Source of the DNA: Acidobacteriota bacterium
GTDB taxonomy: Bacteria; Acidobacteriota; UBA6911; RPQK01; JADFOI01
Reading direction: 5' to 3'
NCBI GenBank assembly: GCA_965218935.1
Contig: CBDCMH010000011.1
Coordinates: forward strand, 194,406 to 258,405
Length of the DNA: 64,000 bases
In this document: positions 29,132 to 39,249 of the stretch, in pieces
How positions within the stretch are numbered: position 1 is the stretch's first letter
Layout of the letters: every line of letters begins with the position of its first letter
The notes under the pieces: generated by a model
What the model saw: only the letters and a program-made list of their open reading frames with translations
What the model was told of the DNA's origin: nothing
The model's database searches: none
Translations under genes and position numbers: made by a program

Positions 29132-29947
29132 TCAGGAAAGTTCCATTTGAACCTTTTCCCCGCGCTCAACACCCAGAATGTCAGCAGCCCTTTGTGTGTG
29201 TGCCGCAATTTCATAGTAGCCGCTGCTGCCTAGAAGCGCGAAAATCTCTCCTGGAGCAGCTTCGGCATAATAGCTGTAGTGGCGGGTGATTTCCTGACCA
29301 TTGATAAGAAACTTGGGAGTACCCTCCTTGCTCCCCAGTAGCTCAGAGACATTCTGGCTAGAGATGCTGGTGATGACGTTTCCAAATTTGTCCACATGAA
29401 TGACCATGCCTTCGATCCGATCTTCTTCCACTCTTTGTACGGGCAAAACGGTTGCGCCCGCGTAATCTTCGATTTCCTCACCGAACTTTTCGAGTTCCGT
29501 TCCCAACGCCAGCCACGCGGCCACAGGACTGAAGGCGTCGCGACCGTGAAAGGTGGGTGAGACCTTCCCCCGCAAGTAGAGCTGGGATTCGATGGAAATG
29601 ACTTTCTTGACCGGTTCTCGATTGTAGACAAAGGAAAAGACGCCATTATCAGGACCCACGAAGTAATGGTCGGGCGTTGCGACGATAATTCCCCGACGCT
29701 CCGAGCCGACTCCCGGATCGACCACAGCGACGTGGACACTCTTGGGAGGGAAGTAGGGGTAGGTGCAAAGAAGCGTAAAGGCACCCTCGAGCACGTCATG
29801 AGATCGGATATCGTGGGTGATGTCCACCAGGCAGGCATCCCGGCAGATGTCCAGGATAACCCCCTTCATGGCGGCAACGTAGTACCCTTCCCCAAAATCC
29901 GTGATCAGCGTGATAATGGGTCTCCCCTTTTTTTCCTCTCCCGGCAT
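29132..29947 (-). CDS. SAM hydroxide adenosyltransferase family protein (DUF62; fluorinase/chlorinase-like fold)
   Basis: N-terminal ITLITDFG..Y...MKGVI and central DHYFVGPDNG motifs are characteristic of the SAM hydrolase/halogenase superfamily. Confidence 0.75.
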   Translation of the reverse strand: MPGEEKKGRPIITLITDFGEGYYVAAMKGVILDICRDACLVDITHDIRSHDVLEGAFTLLCTYPYFPPKSVHVAVVDPGVGSERRGIIVATPDHYFVGPDNGVFSFVYNREPVKKVISIESQLYLRGKVSPTFHGRDAFSPVAAWLALGTELEKFGEEIEDYAGATVLPVQRVEEDRIEGMVIHVDKFGNVITSISSQNVSELLGSKEGTPKFLINGQEITRHYSYYAEAAPGEIFALLGSSGYYEIAAHTQRAADILGVERGEKVQMELS

Positions 29948-29981
29948 AACCTCTACTATATGATAACACTAGAGCCTCAAG

Positions 29982-30827
29982 ATGATCCGCATTGGGCCGG
30001 CAGGCTGGAGTTACCGCGACTGGGAGGGAGTCGTATATCCCAAGCAGCCGCGGCTCGATCAGCTGCAATACCTTTCTCAATTCTTCACCACGATAGAGAT
30101 CAACAGCACCTTCTATCGACCGCCCAGTCCAAAGACTGGGGAAAGCTGGGTTCGACGCACCGAACATAGCCCCGATTTTCGATTTACGGTAAAACTCGGA
30201 CAGAACTTTACCCACCGGCGGGAGGAGATGAAACCCGCTGAGGTCAGGCAATGGAAGGAAGGGGTGAGTCCCCTTCTTGAGGCTGGTAGACTCGGAGCGG
30301 TGCTGGTTCAGTTCCCCTGGTCCTTCAAAAACGAGCACCCGTCACGGGAGTAGCTGGCAAGGTTGGTTGAGAAATTTCCCGAGATGCCTCTGGTCGTCGA
30401 GTTTCGTCACGGATCGTGGGATCAGCCGGAGGTACTGGACTTTCTGCGCCAGCTCGGGGTTGGAATTTGCGGCATCGATCAGCCGCTGATCAGCCACAGT
30501 CTTCCCCCCCACTCCGATATCACTTCAGACGTGGGTTACTTTCGCTTGCATGGACGCAACTACGACAACTGGTTTCGCCGGGAGGCGGGACGGGATGAGC
30601 GTTACAACTATCTCTACAGCACCGAAGAGCTCAACCAGCAAATCGATCTTGTCAGCACTATCCAAGAGAAGGTGGAAGAGGTCTATGTGATCTACAACAA
30701 CCACTTCCAGGGACAAGCAGTGGTCAACGCGCTTCAGCTTCGGTATCGCTTGGAGGGCCGGGTGGAGCAGATCCCTGATCCTCTCTTGCAGGCCTATCCC
30801 CAGGTCGGCCGGCTTCTTGAAGTTTGA
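29982..30827 (+). pseudogene. DUF72 family gene interrupted by a single in-frame TAG (30351-30353)
   Basis: ORFs 29982-30353 and 30363-30827 are in the same frame. Together they align end-to-end with the intact DUF72 paralog at 45769-46455 (IGPAGWSY.../...EFRH.SW). TAG is a genuine stop elsewhere in the window, for example in dapD. Confidence 0.6.
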
Positions 30828-31991
30828 CTATCCCGCCCTGTACAGAGGGGAAACCTCCCGCATCCGTTCCACGATCTTCGGCAGAATGCTTAAGACGTGT
30901 TCAATCTCTTCGCCGCTATTCATTCGGCTCAAACTGAAACGGATGGCCGACTTATGCAGCTTGGCATTGCCTCCCAGAGCGGTCAGAACGTGTGAAGGTT
31001 CCACGGTCCCCGAGGAGCAGGCCGAACCCGTGGAAACCGCTACCCCTTGAAAATCAAGGGAGATCAGCAGGGCCTCCCCTTCGATGGCACGGAAGCTGAT
31101 ATTGGTCAAGTGCGGAATTCTGCGGGTTTTCGATCCGTTTACCGCAGTACCGGGAATGTTCTCGAGGATTCCCTTCTCCAACCGGTCCCGCAGTTCTTTC
31201 ACTCGAGTCCCCAGGTCCTTGAGTCCCTCACCGGCCAGTTCAGCCGACCGTCCCAGACCAACGATGCCGGGCACGTTTACGGTGCCGGCCCGCCGGCTGC
31301 GCTCATGGGACCCTCCATAGAGCAGGGGGTCCATCTGCACTCCAGACTTTATATAGAGCGCGCCCACCCCCTTGGGCCCGTGGAATTTATGGGCGGATAG
31401 GGAGAGTAAATCAACACCCAACTCCTTCACATTCACGGGAATCTTGGCCACGGTCTGGACGGCATCGGTGTGAAATAGTACCTTCTTCTCCTGTGCCAGG
31501 GCCGCCATCTCCTGAATGGGTTGAATCACCCCGATCTCGCTGTTGGCGTGCATGATCGAGATGAGTGTGGTTTCCTCCTCAATAGCTTTCTCCAACCGAT
31601 CCAGAGAAATCATCCCCTCCCGATCCACCCGCAGGCAGGTCACCCGAAAGCCTTCCTTTTCCAGTTGCTCACAGGTTTGCAGGACGGCCGAGTGCTCCGT
31701 GACGGCGGTGATGATGTGATTGCCCCGTGACCGGTGATGGGTGACCACTCCACGAAGCGCCATATTATCGGACTCCGTGCCCCCGCTGGTAAACACAATC
31801 TCATTGGGCCGGGCTCCGATCAGCTCGGCGACCTGGCGGCGGGCATTCTCAACCGCCGCATTGGCCTTCTGGCCATAGGTATGAATCGAGGAAGCGTTCC
31901 CGAAATCCTCCAAGTAATGAGGCTTCATGGCCTCAAAAACCAGGGGATCCAGCGGCGTGGTGGCATTGTTGTCCAGATAGACTTGCTGCAT
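30828..31991 (-). CDS. cysteine desulfurase (NifS/IscS family)
   Basis: N-terminal MQQVYLDNNATTPLDP, a PLP-Lys motif SLSAHKFHGPKG and an active-site Cys motif SSGSACSS. Confidence 0.9.
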   Translation of the reverse strand: MQQVYLDNNATTPLDPLVFEAMKPHYLEDFGNASSIHTYGQKANAAVENARRQVAELIGARPNEIVFTSGGTESDNMALRGVVTHHRSRGNHIITAVTEHSAVLQTCEQLEKEGFRVTCLRVDREGMISLDRLEKAIEEETTLISIMHANSEIGVIQPIQEMAALAQEKKVLFHTDAVQTVAKIPVNVKELGVDLLSLSAHKFHGPKGVGALYIKSGVQMDPLLYGGSHERSRRAGTVNVPGIVGLGRSAELAGEGLKDLGTRVKELRDRLEKGILENIPGTAVNGSKTRRIPHLTNISFRAIEGEALLISLDFQGVAVSTGSACSSGTVEPSHVLTALGGNAKLHKSAIRFSLSRMNSGEEIEHVLSILPKIVERMREVSPLYRAG

Positions 31992-32072
31992 GCTGGATCG
32001 ATCATATCATCTCCAAACTTGACCCAACAACTGCAGCTGCAACGCCAGCATTTTCCAGGGAAGAAGCACACC

Positions 32073-32101
32073 TTGACAGCCCGACAAGTCCATCTTATAT
32101 A
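32073..32101 (+). promoter_or_regulatory. sigma70-like promoter (TTGACA -17- TATATA) upstream of Hsp20
   Basis: The -35 TTGACA lies at 32073-32078 and the -10 TATATA at 32096-32101. The ~140 nt leader upstream of the Hsp20 ATG could hold thermosensing structure. Confidence 0.35.
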
Positions 32102-32242
32102 TCTAGCAGGACTGGTTGATGGAAGAGATAAGTTGCTTGAGATCAATAAATTAAGTCAACCAGTGAGGAGAAATGTGAACTGCGCGGAACACAGAAAGAA
32201 AAACACGCTGTCTGTTATTTTAAACAACGGAGGTAAGGAAAA

Positions 32243-32680
32243 ATGCAATTAGTAAGGTTTAATCCCTTTGGAGAATTAAGGACAATGAGTGGGCTATTTA
32301 ACGACACTTTTGACCGCTTTTTCGAGGACACGGACACCCGATTGACGAATAGGACGTGGTCTCCTTCCGTCGATGTTTCCGAGACCGAGAACGAGATCAT
32401 CTTTACCGCTGAGTTTCCTGGATTTGAGAAGGACGAGATTGACATCTCCGTCAACGAAGGTCGCCTGATCATCAGCGGTGAAAGACAATTCACAGAGGAA
32501 AAGGAAACCAAGCATCATCGAGTCGAACGCTGGTATGGAAAATTCTGTCGCAGCTTCCTGTTGCCGAAATCCGCGGATGCTGGAAAGATCTCAGCCAATC
32601 TCAAGAACGGGGTGCTGACGGTCACCATGCCCAAGAAGGAGGAAGCCAAGCCGCGCCAGATCACTGTTTCGGTGAACTGA
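32243..32680 (+). CDS. Hsp20/alpha-crystallin family small heat-shock protein
   Basis: Alpha-crystallin domain motifs (W-P--DV-ET-...-GVL-V--PK). RBS is GGAGGTAAGG. Confidence 0.9.
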   Translation: MQLVRFNPFGELRTMSGLFNDTFDRFFEDTDTRLTNRTWSPSVDVSETENEIIFTAEFPGFEKDEIDISVNEGRLIISGERQFTEEKETKHHRVERWYGKFCRSFLLPKSADAGKISANLKNGVLTVTMPKKEEAKPRQITVSVN

Positions 32681-32732
32681 TCTCAGCAACGGTCCCCAGC
32701 CGGACAGGCTTGGGACGCGAGCGTTGATCCAA

Positions 32733-32762
32733 GGGTGGGAGCCCCTCTCCCACCCTTTTTTT
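32733..32762 (+). terminator. rho-independent terminator of Hsp20 gene
   Basis: GGGTGGGAG-CCCCT-CTCCCACCC hairpin followed by T7. Confidence 0.75.
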
Positions 32763-32797
32763 GTGTCCCCCTTAGCCCGGACCATGCCTAACCCGGG

Positions 32798-33178
32798 CTA
32801 TTCCAAGGCAATCACATCAATTTCCACATCCACTCCTTTGGGCAAACCGGCGGCTTGAACCGTGCTTCGCGCAGGCGGGACCTCTCCGTTGAAATAGGTC
32901 GCGTAGATCTCGTTCATGGGTTCAAAATCGTGGAGATCTTGAAGATACACCGTACACTTGACCGCTTTGTCCAGCGATGAACCCGCCGCTTCCAGGAGAG
33001 TCTTGAGATTCTCCAGGGTTTGTCGAACCTGGTCCTGAATGGAGCCTCCAACGATTTCTCCCGTCCGGGGGTTCAAAGGAATTTGTCCGGAAGCGAAGAT
33101 CAACCCGTTGGCCCGAACGGCGGGTGAATAGGGTCCTACGGGAGGGGCCCCCTTGTCGGCATCAATACGTTCTTTCAT
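32798..33178 (-). CDS. RidA family protein (YjgF/endoribonuclease L-PSP)
   Basis: 126 aa with PVGPYS...ASGQIP and a C-terminal RidA signature. Confidence 0.85.
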   Translation of the reverse strand: MKERIDADKGAPPVGPYSPAVRANGLIFASGQIPLNPRTGEIVGGSIQDQVRQTLENLKTLLEAAGSSLDKAVKCTVYLQDLHDFEPMNEIYATYFNGEVPPARSTVQAAGLPKGVDVEIDVIALE

Positions 33179-33236
33179 TTTGACCTCTTATCTTCTGTCG
33201 CTTGTCCCCTTCTGGTAGAATACAGCCTTCTTCAGC

Positions 33237-33309
<73 letters not shown>

Positions 33310-33761
33310 CACCGACTTTTTCAATCACTTACAGTTCAGATAATTTGGCTAACTCTACGCCGGTACCCTGAGCGGCTATTGCTCAGTCTTCGCTTTCTCA
33401 GAACGGTTGCTAGCAGCTCACTACTACAGACTTCTGTCCCCATTACTCGTTCATTGCCCGTTCATCGCTAATGTCAACGTAGCATTGAAAGGCAGTACCG
33501 TCCAGGGTCTCGAATTGGGCAGGTGGTATTACTGGCTACGGCTCTTTTTCCAACCCGTCTTCATGATCTGGGCGCTGTTTGTTGCGGGTGTCCTTTGGAG
33601 TAAAGAGGCTAAGTAACTCTTTATCCCGCACGACCGCGCCCATCATCCCGCCGAGGGTTGAAGATTCCAACGGGTGACTCGACTACAAGTAAAAGCGGTC
33701 TTGGGGAGGTATCGAGGATACAGGGATATCTAGCAGCTCTTGGAGGAAAGGAGCGAGACAG

Positions 33762-34145
33762 TCAGGCCCGCTTCACATCAAAGAGGACGGCGAATCCCCA
33801 TTTTTGCTCAGGTAAGAAATCGATCCGGAGAACCGTTCCCGTTGCGTTTATAATGAGTTCCGATTCCTTCCCGTCAGGAGGCCACTGGAGCAACAGCTTC
33901 ACATGATCACCGATTGCAGGACTCGTATCTGACATGAAATAACCACCGGCAGCACTGATGTCTTTCGTTTGAACCGCTCTCTCCACCTTTTTCCCCTGAA
34001 TCTCGAGAGTGACCGTCCCCGTTAAGGGTAAACCCAGACGGGTAACGGCTCTTCTCTCAGTCTCGGGCAAGGTCGAGAAGAGGATGGAACGGTTAAGGGA
34101 TCTCATGCTACGGCGAATCAAAGTTTTCTCCTCCTGTTCGTTCAC
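33762..34145 (-). CDS. PilZ domain protein
   Basis: RRSMRSLNR (RxxxR) and DISAAGGYF (DxSxxG) c-di-GMP-binding motifs. Confidence 0.6.
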   Translation of the reverse strand: MNEQEEKTLIRRSMRSLNRSILFSTLPETERRAVTRLGLPLTGTVTLEIQGKKVERAVQTKDISAAGGYFMSDTSPAIGDHVKLLLQWPPDGKESELIINATGTVLRIDFLPEQKWGFAVLFDVKRA

Positions 34146-34266
34146 CCCTATGATGGATGACCGGATTCAGAGGGTTGGTGACAACTGTCACCGCATCAGG
34201 CCAAACATGAGCCGTAACTTCGCTTCCAATCGGCTCCTGCAGCTTGAGGGGAGATGGTGCGGTCCG

Positions 34267-34938
34267 CTAGAGGAAGGTTTCGGCTCGCTCACGCTCGGTA
34301 ATATCGCGAGAAATGCCCTCAGTAGCGATCCAATTGCCAGCCTCATCATAAACCGGCACATGCACGCTTTCACACCAAATCACTCTGCCATCCTTACGAA
34401 TCCAGCGGTGAGTCACATTTTCTGGATAAGGGTTTTGGAGGACTGACTCCAGTTTCGTCTTATCCTCAGGATGGATGATCTTTAAAGCCAGCTGGGGATC
34501 GGCATAAAACTCCTCGGGTGTGTAGCCGAGTATGTCCCTGACCACTGGGTTGATGTACTCACAGCCGGGTGGATTACGCCGGTAGCGATAAATCAGGTCT
34601 TTGGCATTCTCAATCAACTCACGAAAGTGGATCCCAGTCTGCTGCAGTTCCCTCTCGGGAGGCTCCTGCTGGAGCCCGTCGTCGCTCAGCTCCTGCTTGA
34701 TCAACTCAACGGTTACTTTGTCAATCGCCTCCTTGACATATCGCTCTGTGAGTACATTTCTCCGCCGGACTTTTCCGATAGCGTACCGGAAGAGAGTGGT
34801 ATGAGAGGGACCCTCCTGACCCATCACTCGATGAAATTCGCGGCACATTCTTTCCCAACTCCAGGAAGTCCTCTTTTTGAGGCGGAGCAGTCTCTTAGGG
34901 AGTGATTCCTGTCTTGGCACGTCCTTCTTCCCTTTCAT
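34267..34938 (-). CDS. PAS-domain protein with N-terminal HTH-like region
   Basis: The C-terminal 120 aa have PAS S-box features (NPVVRDILGYTPEEF...IHPED...WIRKDG.VIW). The N-terminal basic/helix region is a putative DNA-binding segment. Confidence 0.55.
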   Translation of the reverse strand: MKGKKDVPRQESLPKRLLRLKKRTSWSWERMCREFHRVMGQEGPSHTTLFRYAIGKVRRRNVLTERYVKEAIDKVTVELIKQELSDDGLQQEPPERELQQTGIHFRELIENAKDLIYRYRRNPPGCEYINPVVRDILGYTPEEFYADPQLALKIIHPEDKTKLESVLQNPYPENVTHRWIRKDGRVIWCESVHVPVYDEAGNWIATEGISRDITERERAETFL

Positions 34939-35120
34939 TTCAACAAAGTACGGATGCGGTTCCCGTCCACATTGAGGGGTATGGTTCGGGTAAGACCCAC
35001 GAGAACCGCACCCCTTATCCTATAAGCAAACCAAGGGGCTGTAAACTGTCAACTTTGACAGTCCCTACGAATAAAAATGGACGGCTTTAATGGGCAATAG
35101 GAAGGCCTCATCCAAGGAAC

Positions 35121-35606
35121 TTAGCTCGTTTCCCCCGGAGGTGGGGAGTTGGTGTTCCAGATCAGGCGTGCCAGCTTCCAAGAGCCATCCACCTGGCGCT
35201 GACAAATAACGATGTACTTGCCTTCATTCTCGATCACTTCACCCCCCTCTTTGGGGGTCAGCTTAACCGTGTAGGTACCCCGGCCAAATGCCCAGTCCCC
35301 TGCCACTTCAAGTTCCTGGAAGGTGGTGCTGTGTTCGCCCGTAAACCGAGCAAAGGTGCCCTCATACAGGGACTGGATGGCTTCCTGACCTGTAAGGATC
35401 GCAGCATCGGGTGGCAACAGCATGCCATCGGTGGCAAAAAGCCCGGTCAGCGCGGCTGTATCTCCAGCGTTGTAAGCATCACTGAATCCCTGACCGAGGT
35501 CATTGATGGCCTGAAGATCGGCTTCAGTGGTACTTGCCTCTTCCACGACGGCTGGCGCACAAGCAGCAATGAAGATTAAGGAACACAAAGTTAGGTGAAA
35601 TTTCAT
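35121..35606 (-). CDS. SnoaL-like/NTF2-fold lipoprotein
   Basis: Start at an ATG after AAAGGAGGAGG. Lipoprotein signal MKFHLTLCSLIFIAAC and an NTF2-like core (DAYNAGD...WKL). Confidence 0.5.
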   Translation of the reverse strand: MKFHLTLCSLIFIAACAPAVVEEASTTEADLQAINDLGQGFSDAYNAGDTAALTGLFATDGMLLPPDAAILTGQEAIQSLYEGTFARFTGEHSTTFQELEVAGDWAFGRGTYTVKLTPKEGGEVIENEGKYIVICQRQVDGSWKLARLIWNTNSPPPGETS

Positions 35607-35691
35607 CGGCCTCCTCCTTTTTGGTGCGACTTCGAGAGGAAGAATATCACCTGGAGGAAGGGCTGCCAAGGAGGCATCGCTCCGGCTCTAA

Positions 35692-36795
35692 TTATTTGAA
35701 TAGGCTGACGTACCCCTGATGGCCTTCCTCTTCCAGACGATCCTTGGGGATAAACCGAAGGGCCGCCGAGTTAATGCAGTACCTCAGACCGGTCGGTGCC
35801 GGGCCGTCTGGAAAGAGGTGTCCCAGATGGGAATCGGCGCGTTTGCTGCGCACCTCGGTTCGAACCACAAAGAAGCCTCGGTCTTCTTTCTCCACAATAC
35901 TCTCTGGATTCAGGGGCTTGGTGAAACTGGGCCAGCCGGTACCGGAAACGAACTTGTCCGTAGAGCTAAATAGGGGTTCTCCGCTGACCACATCAACATA
36001 GATCCCCTCGGCCTTATTATCCCAGTAGTCGTTACGAAACGGAGGTTCGGTAGCATCCTCCTGAGTTACCTGGTACTGAAGCGGGGCCAGCCGGGACCGC
36101 AAAGTAGCCTGATCGGGTTTTCTGTATTCCGTTTTTGTTTCTGATTCGGAACTCGGCTCAATGACCTGGAATTCCTTTTTGTCTTTCCAGACCTTTTCCA
36201 GGAATTGGTCGCGTCCGGAGTTGTAACGATAGAATCGATAGCGGATGGGATGATTCTCATAATAGTCCTGATGGTACTCTTCCGCCTTGTAAAACTCCTT
36301 GAGGGGTCTGATTGCGGTGATAACGGGCCGATCGAAGATGGCGGACGAGGCAAGCGCCTGCTTGGACTGTTCAGCGATCTGTCTTTGGGTCTCATCATGA
36401 TAGAAAATCGCCGTTCGATACTGGCCACCGCGATCCACAAATTGCCCCTTATCATCGGTAGGATCCACATGCTTCCAAAACACATCGAGGATCTGGGCAT
36501 AGCTGATCTGTTTGGGATCGAACACCACTTGAACCGCTTCCACATGACCGGTTCTCCCCGAAGAAACCTGCTCGTAAGTCGGATTCGGCTCCTCCCCGCC
36601 TGCATACCCGGAAATCGCTTCAGTGACTCCAGTCACCTTCTCAAAATCCGCCTCCACACACCAAAAGCAGCCACCTGCCAAGGTGGCGATTGCTTTGTCT
36701 TTCGGAGCTGTTCCTTCGACCTCGGTCGAGGTCCGATTCTGAGCAACAAGGGCGACCAGAAGAAGGGGTGCGACAATTAAAAGAATATACTTCAT
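35692..36795 (-). CDS. msrAB: bifunctional peptide-methionine sulfoxide reductase MsrA/MsrB
   Basis: Signal peptide, an MsrA GGCFWC motif, and a C-terminal MsrB domain with RYCINSAAL and CxxC pairs. Confidence 0.85.
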   Translation of the reverse strand: MKYILLIVAPLLLVALVAQNRTSTEVEGTAPKDKAIATLAGGCFWCVEADFEKVTGVTEAISGYAGGEEPNPTYEQVSSGRTGHVEAVQVVFDPKQISYAQILDVFWKHVDPTDDKGQFVDRGGQYRTAIFYHDETQRQIAEQSKQALASSAIFDRPVITAIRPLKEFYKAEEYHQDYYENHPIRYRFYRYNSGRDQFLEKVWKDKKEFQVIEPSSESETKTEYRKPDQATLRSRLAPLQYQVTQEDATEPPFRNDYWDNKAEGIYVDVVSGEPLFSSTDKFVSGTGWPSFTKPLNPESIVEKEDRGFFVVRTEVRSKRADSHLGHLFPDGPAPTGLRYCINSAALRFIPKDRLEEEGHQGYVSLFK

Positions 36796-36927
36796 GAGAT
36801 TAGACTCCTTAAGGGTTTGATGGCTTGTCTGTACAAAAGAAAGCCCTGTTGAGTTCCTCCAATTAGTCTAGATGCCGGATCGGTGACGAAGTTCCTGAAA
36901 ATCGACAACGGGTGCAGGTGTTTTCGC

Positions 36928-36944
36928 TAGCCCGGATTATGCAT
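36928..36944 (-). promoter_or_regulatory. recurrent motif copy b (ATGCATAATCCGGGCTAGC), about 130 nt upstream of msrAB
   Basis: Same motif as copies a, c, d and e. Its orientation points toward msrAB. Confidence 0.4.
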
Positions 36945-37028
36945 GGGTTCTTGTAACGAAGCAACCAAAACGGCAACCTGACGAGACGATTGACGAAATC
37001 CGGGCTAGACTCTCGATGGATGTTTCCT

Positions 37029-37060
37029 TGATACCGCTGCCCCTTGATACCGCTGCCCCT
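37029..37060. repeat. perfect 16-nt tandem duplication (TGATACCGCTGCCCCT x2)
   Basis: It lies between motif copies b and c in the msrAB upstream region. Confidence 0.7.
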
Positions 37061-37108
37061 TTGTCCACCGGCCAAGGCTTTTTACGTTTATCTCAGTCGG
37101 TGAATGAA

Positions 37109-37139
37109 CCTTGGCAACTCCTTAGCCGGGATAATGCAT
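37109..37139 (-). promoter_or_regulatory. recurrent motif copy c, extended (ATGCATTATCCCGGCTAAGGAGTTGCCAAGG)
   Basis: It shares a ~30-nt extended match with copy e, including GGAGTTG(S)(S)CAAGG. Confidence 0.4.
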
Positions 37140-37176
37140 CATCCCGCTAACCGAAACACCTCATTTTTACGGGTCT

Positions 37177-38412
37177 TCAGGCGACTTCCCAACAGGGGCT
37201 GTCCATCGAAGAGTTCTGAAGAGAAGGCCTCTGAATCGCTACGATTTCATCGAGTCGTGCGAAAAACACGTCCACGACGCGCGGGTCAGATTGTGTGCCC
37301 CGTCCTTCTCTTAGAATCCTGTAGGCTTCCTGGTTGGAGAAAGCTTCCCTGTAGGGCCGCGGGCTGGTAACGGCATCAAAGACATCGGCCACCGAGGAGA
37401 TCCGCCCCAAAAGTGGGATATCTTCTCCCTCCAGTCCCTTGGGGTACCCGCTCCCGTCCCATCTCTCGTGGTGGGATAAGGCGATCATCCGGCCTGCCTG
37501 CATGAGTTCTGATGGAGATCCGCTGAGCATGTGCCCACCCATGGTGGTATGTTGCCTCATGATATCCCATTCATGTGCATCGAGCTTGGCCGGTTTGAGA
37601 AGAATGGCATCGGGGATACCGATCTTACCCACATCATGCATCTGGCTGGCGTGAAGGACCATCTCCACCTGCTTGGGCGATAGGCAAAGGCCGCTAGCCA
37701 GAACGGCGCTATAGCGACTCATGCGTTTGATGTGTAACGCCGTGTCCTTATCCTTGTAGGCAGCCACGATCGCCAGCCGCTGGATGGTATCCAGGAACGC
37801 CTGTTCGGTACGACACTTGGCCTCAACCAGATCCTCAAACAGTTGTCTGTTGGTGAGTGCCACTGCGGCCTGGGAAGCTAAAGACGCAATCGAATCCACA
37901 CTTTGCGGATCGAAAGGGACAACCTTGTGACTTTCGAGATGTCTGGCATTGAGAAGCTGCAGGACGCCGATCACTTCATCCTCATGGTTTTTCAGCGGAA
38001 TCACAAGCATGGATTGAGACCGATAGCCTGTACAGTCATCGTATATTCTTGGACCGGTAAAGTCGAAACCCTCTGCCTCGTAGAGGTCGGGGACATTGAC
38101 GATCTTCTCCGTGAGGGCGACGTAGGAGGAGACATTGGCATGGTTGGGCTGCCCAGCATTGAAAAGAGGCACAGGGGGTAAAGTGATTTCCACTCCGGTG
38201 GTTCCACCCATCCTCATTTTCATGGTGTCGTTCTGCAAAATCTCAAATCGAAGTTGCATCTTCTGCTTGTCGATGAGATAGAGCGTTCCGCCATCGGCGC
38301 CCGTAAGGCTTCTAGCCTCATCCACGATGATCTCGAGAAGTTTGTTGATGTCTTTTTCTGCAGACAGAGCGATGCCAATCTGTGCCGACCCTTTGAAATG
38401 ACTCGTGTTCAT
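37177..38412 (-). CDS. GAF domain / HD-GYP c-di-GMP phosphodiesterase
   Basis: N-terminal GAF region. C-terminal HD (HDVGK) and HHERWDGSGYP (HD-GYP) motifs. Start at MNTSHF with an AAGGAAG RBS; an alternative GTG lies at 38436. Confidence 0.8.
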   Translation of the reverse strand: MNTSHFKGSAQIGIALSAEKDINKLLEIIVDEARSLTGADGGTLYLIDKQKMQLRFEILQNDTMKMRMGGTTGVEITLPPVPLFNAGQPNHANVSSYVALTEKIVNVPDLYEAEGFDFTGPRIYDDCTGYRSQSMLVIPLKNHEDEVIGVLQLLNARHLESHKVVPFDPQSVDSIASLASQAAVALTNRQLFEDLVEAKCRTEQAFLDTIQRLAIVAAYKDKDTALHIKRMSRYSAVLASGLCLSPKQVEMVLHASQMHDVGKIGIPDAILLKPAKLDAHEWDIMRQHTTMGGHMLSGSPSELMQAGRMIALSHHERWDGSGYPKGLEGEDIPLLGRISSVADVFDAVTSPRPYREAFSNQEAYRILREGRGTQSDPRVVDVFFARLDEIVAIQRPSLQNSSMDSPCWEVA

Positions 38413-38614
38413 TATGGCTTCCTTAAGGATGCCCACTCACTTTCCCGTTTTTGGTGACGGTGATCACACATTTTCAAAATCGCTTGAGTCGGAAACGGAG
38501 GTATCCTGGGGCAAAATCCCCCACATTGATACGCTTCGCATTGCCTTTGGGCCTCTAACGTTCTAGCATCTAAGATACAGGAGGTCGTCCCGGACCAGCC
38601 GGGAGACGAGGTTC

Positions 38615-38923
38615 ATGCTTTATCGAGTTCGCGCAAAAATCATCGAAGGAAAAACCACCGCATTCCTGGAAAAACTGACCGATGGCTCCATCGAGCGTCA
38701 AAGACCCGATGGTCAGGAGATTGTGGCCTCGATGAAGCGTGCCAGAATCACTGCCCCGGGTGTGATTCAGTGGTCTGAAACCTGTTACTGCCCGACTCCT
38801 CTCGCCCATGAGAGAGCAACCGTTTACGACCACTTCCTCTCGGAGATTCAAACTGAGGAAATCTCTTCAGAAGCAGAAATCAAGGGAGAGTCCTTCTGGA
38901 ACTACCTGGTTGGATCCAAATAG
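38615..38923 (+). CDS. hypothetical protein
   Basis: 102-aa ORF with a plausible RBS (GGGAGACGAGG). No recognisable domain. Confidence 0.35.
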   Translation: MLYRVRAKIIEGKTTAFLEKLTDGSIERQRPDGQEIVASMKRARITAPGVIQWSETCYCPTPLAHERATVYDHFLSEIQTEEISSEAEIKGESFWNYLVGSK

Positions 38924-39249
38924 CAATCTGATTAAAAAAACATCCCAACCCGTCTTTAAGTGAGTAAAATCCAATCAACAATAAGAACACAAATCATTCG
39001 TTTTCAGTATCTTCATAAGATTTACCCAGGAGCACAGAAAAAAACATTCGACTTGTGACAGCGATCACAAGTTTACTGTCACCTGGGTACGTATACTGTT
39101 CTCGATCGGTTTGTTACCTCCCTCAGGGCCTGTCGGTTGAGTGCCTCAACCTTCAGGCCCCTACCTTTATTAGCCTCATCCCCACTTTCATTCGCCGAGG
39201 TACTGCAGCAGCAGCAGCATTGAGGGCGTCTTTTCGGACTTCCAGCTCG

